NCBI GenBank assembly: GCA_013334575.1
Contig: JAAXXG010000001.1
Location: 208,315-272,314 of the forward strand
Length of the DNA: 64,000 nt
Origin: Candidatus Moraniibacteriota bacterium
GTDB taxonomy: Bacteria; Patescibacteriota; Minisyncoccia; Moranbacterales; UBA1568
Reading direction: 5' to 3'
Made by a program: the position numbers and the translations under genes. Shown here piece after piece: positions 58,545 through 64,000 of the stretch. Positions within the stretch are counted from its first letter, which is position 1. The number at the start of each line of letters is the position of its first letter. The notes under the pieces were generated by a model, which was not told where the DNA came from, ran no database searches, and was given only the letters and a program-made list of their open reading frames with translations.

Positions 58545-59900
58545 TCATTTCGTACGCGAGAACCGCTTCATCAGTTTTCCCATCGCGTCCTCGGTCGCCA
58601 TGATGATCGGGTCCATGAACGGCCACGGCGAGAGACTCGGGTGGGCGATATAGTTGTACCGAAGCATCCGAAGGATGCCCGTCCGCTGACCGATCGCGAA
58701 GCTCGCCACGTCCGCCGACGCGATGACGCCGTTTCCGAACGCCTGATATCCCACGAGCCGCAGGCGGGGCCCGGCGAAGACGAGCTTCACCGAAAGCGGC
58801 TTGTTCCCTTTGAGGTCGCGATACACGTCCGTCGTCTCGGCGACGCCGGTTACGACGAACCGGAACCGTTCCCGCGCCGCGGTCTCGGTAAGACCGGCGA
58901 CCGCGAATTCCCGACCGAGCGTCCGGAAGGCGGCCGCACCGGTCGACCCCTTGTAGCGGATCGGGAAGCCGGCCAACTGGAATCCGACGATCTTCGCCTG
59001 CTGGATCGCGCCGCTCGCGAGGCCGGAGGAGCGATGTTCCCCCGTCACGCCGAAGGGCGGCATCGAACAGTCACCGCACGCGTAGACGTCCGATACGTTC
59101 GTCCGCATCCGATCATCGACCGGGATACCCTGTTTCGACGTGCGGATCCCGGAACCCTCGACGACATCGAGGTTCGGCCGTACCCCGGCCGCGACGATGA
59201 CCAGGTCGGTCCCGATCACCCTCTCCGTATCGCCTGTCTTCACGACGACCTCCTTGCGCCCCGACGCATCGTCCCGAATGCCGGTCACCTTACCCGAAAA
59301 GACCGTCTCGATGCCGCGCTCCTTCAGATGGGAAACGAGTCGTTCCGCGAACTCCGGATCGGCGAGGTCGCTCGATATCCCGGCCGACGCCTCGACGAGC
59401 GTCACGCCTACGCCCTTCTCACGCAACGCGCCGGCCATCTCCATTCCGATGACGCCCGCACCGATGACGACGGCATGCTTCGCGTCGGCCGCCTCACGGC
59501 CGATATGCTCCATGTCTTCGCTCGTACGGACCGTATGCACCCGCGCCCCGTCGGCTCCGGGAATCGGCGGCACGAACGCGCGCGCGCCGGTCGCGACGAC
59601 CAGCGAATCGTACGGATATTCCGTCCCGCTCTCCCCGACGACGACACGCTGCCGCGTATCGATACGGACCGCCCGGTCATGAACGATCGTGAGGCCGTAA
59701 TCGGCGAACATGCACTCCGGCTGGATCGCATCGGCCAGCTCCGCCTCTCCGGTCAGGATGTACGGCGACGTGCACCGGCAGTACACGTCCTGCTCGTCGG
59801 AAAGGACCGTCGCCGTGAACTTCCCCTTCCGAAGCTGATTCGCGACGATGAGACTGAACATCCCCGCCCCGCCGCATCCGATAGCCACCAGGTTCCTCAT
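58545..59900 (-). CDS. FAD-dependent pyridine nucleotide-disulfide oxidoreductase (NADH oxidase/CoA-disulfide reductase-like)
   Basis: GCGGAG, YCRC, ATGA, GAGVIG.E, YACGDC, C-terminal dimerisation domain; start set at MRNLV. Confidence 0.88.
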   Translation of the reverse strand: MRNLVAIGCGGAGMFSLIVANQLRKGKFTATVLSDEQDVYCRCTSPYILTGEAELADAIQPECMFADYGLTIVHDRAVRIDTRQRVVVGESGTEYPYDSLVVATGARAFVPPIPGADGARVHTVRTSEDMEHIGREAADAKHAVVIGAGVIGMEMAGALREKGVGVTLVEASAGISSDLADPEFAERLVSHLKERGIETVFSGKVTGIRDDASGRKEVVVKTGDTERVIGTDLVIVAAGVRPNLDVVEGSGIRTSKQGIPVDDRMRTNVSDVYACGDCSMPPFGVTGEHRSSGLASGAIQQAKIVGFQLAGFPIRYKGSTGAAAFRTLGREFAVAGLTETAARERFRFVVTGVAETTDVYRDLKGNKPLSVKLVFAGPRLRLVGYQAFGNGVIASADVASFAIGQRTGILRMLRYNYIAHPSLSPWPFMDPIIMATEDAMGKLMKRFSRTK

Positions 59901-59964
59901 ACGATGAAAATATCCTTTATAAAGGCATATTATCACACCCGCTCCCCGCTGTCCTTCGTCGCCT

Positions 59965-59993
59965 TTGCAAGAGAACGTCTGTTCCCCTATACT
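59965..59993 (+). promoter_or_regulatory. Promoter containing an SOS-type box GAAC-N4-GTTC
   Basis: TTGCAA (59965-59970)-17-TATACT (59988-59993) with GAACgtctGTTC (59973-59984) in the spacer. Confidence 0.7.
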
Positions 59994-60013
59994 GAAAGAC
60001 GAACCGAACCCAT

Positions 60014-60586
60014 ATGGACAGGTACACTGCCTTCGAAAAACTCACTTCCTTTTTCGACCGGAAGAAACGCATGCCGACCTTCCGGGAAATCCGCGACGAG
60101 ATCCTCGGAATCGCCTCGATGAAAGAGACCGTGCGCTTCGTGGACGGACTCGTCAAAGAGGGACTCGTCGGCCGTGACGCGACCGGGAAGCTTCTCCCGA
60201 CCGGAGCCTTTTTCGGCATCCGGAAGCTCGGCTACGTCGAAGCCGGTTTTCCCTCTCCTGCCGAGGAAGAACTGCTCGACACGATGACCCTCGACGACTG
60301 GCTGATCGGCAATCGCGAAGCGACCTTCATGCTCGAGGTGAAAGGCGAGTCGATGCGCGACGCCGGCATACGTCCGGGCGATACCGTTCTCGCCGAACGC
60401 GGACGAACCCCGAAAGAGGGAGACATCGTGATCGCCGAAGTCGACCGGAAATGGACGATGAAGGAGTACCGCATCGACCGCGACGGCGTCGTCCTCCTTC
60501 CGGCCAACCCGGCGTTCCGCCCCATCCGCCCCCGCGAGGAACTCCGTATCGAGGCGGTCGTCACCGCGGTCATCCGGAAATACTGA
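60014..60586 (+). CDS. LexA/UmuD-like S24 autopeptidase with N-terminal wHTH
   Basis: PTFREI, VEAG/FPSPA cleavage site, VKGESM (Ser), TMK (Lys). Confidence 0.88.
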   Translation: MDRYTAFEKLTSFFDRKKRMPTFREIRDEILGIASMKETVRFVDGLVKEGLVGRDATGKLLPTGAFFGIRKLGYVEAGFPSPAEEELLDTMTLDDWLIGNREATFMLEVKGESMRDAGIRPGDTVLAERGRTPKEGDIVIAEVDRKWTMKEYRIDRDGVVLLPANPAFRPIRPREELRIEAVVTAVIRKY

Positions 60587-60591
60587 CCCGT

Positions 60592-61902
60592 ATGTCCGCC
60601 CTGCTCGCGCGCGGCGCTTTCCCGCGGGCGATCCTCCACATCGACGGGGACGCTTTCTTCGCCTCATGCGAACAGTCGCGCGACCCGGCACTCCGCGGCA
60701 GGCCGGTCATAACCGGCGCCGAACGCGGCATCGCCTCATCGATGAGCTATGAGGCCAAGGCCAAGGGAATCACCCGAGCGATGCGCCTTCACGAGATCCG
60801 CCGCCTCTGTCCGGATGCCGTCATCCTCCCGTCCGACTACGAAACCTATTCGCTCCTCTCCAAGCGCTTCTTCGACATCGTCCGCCGCTACACGCCGGAC
60901 GTGGAAGAGTACGGCATCGACGAATGCTTCGCCGACATCACCGGCTGGAACCGGCCGCTCGGCATCGGGTATGCCAAGATGGCCGAGCGGATCCAAGAAG
61001 ACCTACGCCGCGAACTCGGGTTTACGTTCTCGATCGGGCTCGCCTCGACCAAGGTCCTGGCCAAGACCGGATCGAAGTGGCAGAAGCCGTTCGGCCTCAC
61101 CGCGATAGAAAACCGCCGGATTCCGGACTATCTTGCCGAACTCCCCGTCGGAAACGTCTGGGGCATCGGCCCACGCACGACCGACATCCTCGTCCGGCTC
61201 GGCATCAGGACCGCACTCGACCTCGCACGGTCGGATGATGCCCGCCTCGATCCCTTCCTCTCCAAGCCTTTCAGGGAAATACGCTCCGAACTCCGCGGAC
61301 ACAGCGCACTCCCGTTCGAGTCCGGTACGCGAAAAACGCATTACTCCGTCCAAAAGATGAAGACCTTCACGCCGGCCTCCAACGATCCGCGGTTCGTCTT
61401 CGCCCAGCTCGCCAAAAATATCGAATCCGCCTGCATGCGCGCACGCCAGTACGGCCTCGAGGCCGGAAAGGTCCTCATCCTCTTGCGAACACAGACGTTC
61501 GAACATCACGCGAGCGAAATCGACCTCTCGCGGCCGACCAACTTCGCACACGAGCTTCTTGATGCGGCCAAGCCCGTCTTCGACGGTCTTTTCCGACCCG
61601 GCATGCTCTATCGTGCGACCATGATAACGCTCCTTGACCTCCGTACGCCGAATCCGCAGCCGGACCTGTTCGGCGAATCGCTCAAGGTCGACGGCTTCCG
61701 ACGGATCTACGAAGGCATCGACGCGGTCCGTGCCAAATATGGCAAGCACACGATCCACTTCGGTCCGTCTTTCGACGCACTCCATTCACCGCAACACAAG
61801 AGCTCCCGTGGCGAGTCGCCTGCCCGAGCCCGCCACCTTCTCCGCGGCGAGTCCGCCCGCAAACGCCTCAATATCCCGATGTTCCTCGGCGAGGTGGAAT
61901 AG
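60592..61902 (+). CDS. dinB: Y-family DNA polymerase (DinB/UmuC-like)
   Basis: ILHIDGDAFFASCE, SYEAK..G, IDECF.D, VWGIG, QPDLF clamp-binding motif; start set at ATG 60592. Confidence 0.88.
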   Translation: MSALLARGAFPRAILHIDGDAFFASCEQSRDPALRGRPVITGAERGIASSMSYEAKAKGITRAMRLHEIRRLCPDAVILPSDYETYSLLSKRFFDIVRRYTPDVEEYGIDECFADITGWNRPLGIGYAKMAERIQEDLRRELGFTFSIGLASTKVLAKTGSKWQKPFGLTAIENRRIPDYLAELPVGNVWGIGPRTTDILVRLGIRTALDLARSDDARLDPFLSKPFREIRSELRGHSALPFESGTRKTHYSVQKMKTFTPASNDPRFVFAQLAKNIESACMRARQYGLEAGKVLILLRTQTFEHHASEIDLSRPTNFAHELLDAAKPVFDGLFRPGMLYRATMITLLDLRTPNPQPDLFGESLKVDGFRRIYEGIDAVRAKYGKHTIHFGPSFDALHSPQHKSSRGESPARARHLLRGESARKRLNIPMFLGEVE

Positions 61903-61924
61903 AAAAACGGGGCTTAGCCCCGTT
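61903..61924. terminator. Terminator between convergent genes
   Basis: AAAAACGGGGC-tta-GCCCCGTT. Confidence 0.7.
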
Positions 61925-61981
61925 GTCAGTCGTAAGTTGCGGGTTGTAAGTTTTTTTCACTTTCAACTTCAAACTGTTTCC

Positions 61982-63712
61982 CTACCATCCTCCTCCGCCT
62001 CCGCCGCCACCACCGCTGCCGGAACCGCCGCTCCCACCGGAACCCGAAGGCGACGACGTACTCGCCGCGATACTCGATGACAGTCCGTCCATCGCGCTCG
62101 TGAAGCTGTCCGCATTGAATGATCCGCTTCCCGCGACATACCACAGCATCGGATGCGTCGCAAAGTATTCCTCGCCGTAGATATCGCGCATCCGCTTGAT
62201 CCACTGTTTCGTCATCCCGAAGAGGATCGCGTACGGCAAACCTTTCTCGAACAGATTCTCCTTTTCGTAATAGACGGCCCGATCCTTGTCGACGGTCTCG
62301 AGGAACAGCCTGAACCCCTTGATCTGCCAATTCAGTTCAGCGCCTTCCTTGGTCCGTTTCGGCATGATGGCGCCGAATATGATCAGGATGATCGCGGACA
62401 GTCCCAGACTCAACCCGAGGAATCCCGAGGCCCCTACCGAGACGATCGAGACGAATATCAGGAATATCCCCAGCGGAACCAGGATATTCCTCGCCAAAAG
62501 ACCTCTCGCTTCGGTCAGCCCCTTGTCTTTCAGGCCTTCGTTTCCCGCCTTCGTAATCGCCGGCAGATGCTTGTAGAACGAATTCTTCAGCGAGGAAAGT
62601 CGGACCGTATCCGTGCCCGCGTCAAACAGGTCGTTCAGGATCTCACGTTGTGTCGCGTTCATGGCTGCTTCGGCTTCCGCGCTGCCGGTCTTCGCCAACT
62701 CATAGTCCTTGCTCGTGAAGAACAGGATCTTGTTCTCGACCTCCGTGATCGTGATGACGCCGTGGGTCGCCAACCAGACGATTTCCGCCGTGATGAACGT
62801 ATTCTCGAACGTTCCGTTCTTCATGAGCATGCCCATCTCGACAGGCGTCAGATTTCCGGGAACGTCGTATTCCGCCATGACCGTCCTGTTCACGTCCGGA
62901 TCGTCCCCATATTTCCGCCAGAGTGACAGACCGCCGAGAAAGGTGAAAAACGGGATCAGGAAAAAGAAGTATTTCCCGTTCGTTTCCCAGAATCCCGGAA
63001 CGTATCGGGTGAAGATACCCTTCGGAAACGTGACCGAGGCCGTGATACCCTCCCGCATCGGAAGCATGCTCGTCGATCGGAATTCCAGGACCGAGGGCGC
63101 CATCCACGCATAGGTCGCGCCGGTCTTGTCCTTCGACCCGGTAAGGCCGGTATAGTAATCGATCTTCGTATTCGAATCGGTCACCTCCTTCGGGAATCGG
63201 ATCGAGGCATGAAACGCATCCGTCTCCAAATCCCAGAAATTCCCGTTGAGGTTCCAATAGAGCTCGTCGTACTCCGCGTTGCCGAATCGGATAGCATTCT
63301 TCACCGAATACGAGATCACGTACGTATGCGCGCCCTGCACGGTCGTGTCCGCGGCACCGATCTTCCACGTCACCGTTCCATCGGAAGCATTTTCGATCGT
63401 CTGATAGGCATACGGCGTTCCGTTTTCATCCGTGATGCTCCCGAGGGTCACGGGCGTTTCCACCTTCTTCCCGTCGATGGAGAGGCGCGTCGGCAGGATG
63501 CGGAAGATGCCGTGCTTCCCGACCGCCATCCCGCAGTCCGCCACGATCGTCTCGGTGATATCAAGCGACGAATCCTTATTGACGATAATCTGCGAATCGA
63601 AATCCCGGATATACCAGTCCGTCACGTTTTCCCGGGCGGACGAAACGTTCGGTACCGCCAACACCGCCACCGTCGCCAGTACCCCCACAAGATATTTCCA
63701 GTTTCGAAACAT
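61982..63712 (-). CDS. DUF2207-domain membrane protein
   Basis: Signal peptide, ITETI, HGIFR, DELYWN..G, LPYAILFG...W, C-terminal GGGGGGGGW. Confidence 0.9.
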   Translation of the reverse strand: MFRNWKYLVGVLATVAVLAVPNVSSARENVTDWYIRDFDSQIIVNKDSSLDITETIVADCGMAVGKHGIFRILPTRLSIDGKKVETPVTLGSITDENGTPYAYQTIENASDGTVTWKIGAADTTVQGAHTYVISYSVKNAIRFGNAEYDELYWNLNGNFWDLETDAFHASIRFPKEVTDSNTKIDYYTGLTGSKDKTGATYAWMAPSVLEFRSTSMLPMREGITASVTFPKGIFTRYVPGFWETNGKYFFFLIPFFTFLGGLSLWRKYGDDPDVNRTVMAEYDVPGNLTPVEMGMLMKNGTFENTFITAEIVWLATHGVITITEVENKILFFTSKDYELAKTGSAEAEAAMNATQREILNDLFDAGTDTVRLSSLKNSFYKHLPAITKAGNEGLKDKGLTEARGLLARNILVPLGIFLIFVSIVSVGASGFLGLSLGLSAIILIIFGAIMPKRTKEGAELNWQIKGFRLFLETVDKDRAVYYEKENLFEKGLPYAILFGMTKQWIKRMRDIYGEEYFATHPMLWYVAGSGSFNADSFTSAMDGLSSSIAASTSSPSGSGGSGGSGSGGGGGGGGGW

Positions 63713-63856
63713 CGTTTTTTATTCGAAGGATATGGCTTCAGTATAACACTTCTTGGTCAATATATGCCTACTCATTTGACTCATATACCGCTCTTTTTGA
63801 CTAAATAACTTAGCTTCGTTAATAAAGACACATCCAGTTTTACACTCTGAGTGACA

Positions 63857-63886
63857 TTTGACTTGAAGTCATTAAAAGAGTATAAT
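63857..63886 (+). promoter_or_regulatory. Near-consensus sigma70 promoter
   Basis: TTGACT-17-TATAAT, divergent from the DUF2207 gene. Confidence 0.7.
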
Positions 63887-64000
63887 AAGCCTGCTTCCGG
63901 GTTAAGCTGGGAGCAACTCATGGAGTCAGTCTATGAGGCGGCGCGTTAATCAACGCCAAGGCGATTCTAAACAGCTTGACCATCGGTACCCGCGACCCAG

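Noticed and set aside
57801-60122. 773-aa + strand ORF and many other long antisense ORFs (e.g. 6446-7747, 17198-18445, 53267-54667)
   Set aside because: They are shadows of well-supported opposite-strand genes in GC-rich DNA and lack protein motifs.
61983-62050. GGC/GGT-rich repeat
   Set aside because: It encodes the normal Gly-rich C-terminus of DUF2207 proteins.

Overview
GC-rich bacterial chromosomal segment, inferred from gene content to be Patescibacteria/CPR (Parcubacteria/Moranbacteria-like): DUF4012, a VirD4-like ATPase with its conserved partner, a short SMC, a compact dcw cluster and mostly Shine-Dalgarno-less starts. It is largely housekeeping: htrA-like, dnaX, tRNA-Gln, rplJ-rplL with an L10 leader, rpsP, smc, rnc, nusB, rpmF, lepA, murJ, galU, rfbA/B/C/D, glyA, khpA, murF, ftsI, rsmH, mraZ, rarA and a lexA/umuD-like-dinB pair. 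AT-rich accessory patches interrupt it. Most notable: (1) between rfbC and rfbB, three stacked AT-rich promoter-small exported ORF-terminator cassettes, each abutting a different version of the rfbC 3' end, plus a duplicated rfbB 5' fragment; (2) a ~370-nt promoter- and terminator-bounded, extensively base-paired transcript without a long ORF at 13.23-13.60 kb, a candidate new ncRNA, and a second possible structured RNA starting at the right edge; (3) a GAAC-N4-GTTC SOS-type box inside the promoter of the mutagenesis pair; (4) an SMC with no recognisable hinge. An IS481-family element, a GTAG-type REP, several pseudogenes and small ORFs absent from the ORF track are also present. All calls are by eye; no database searches were run.
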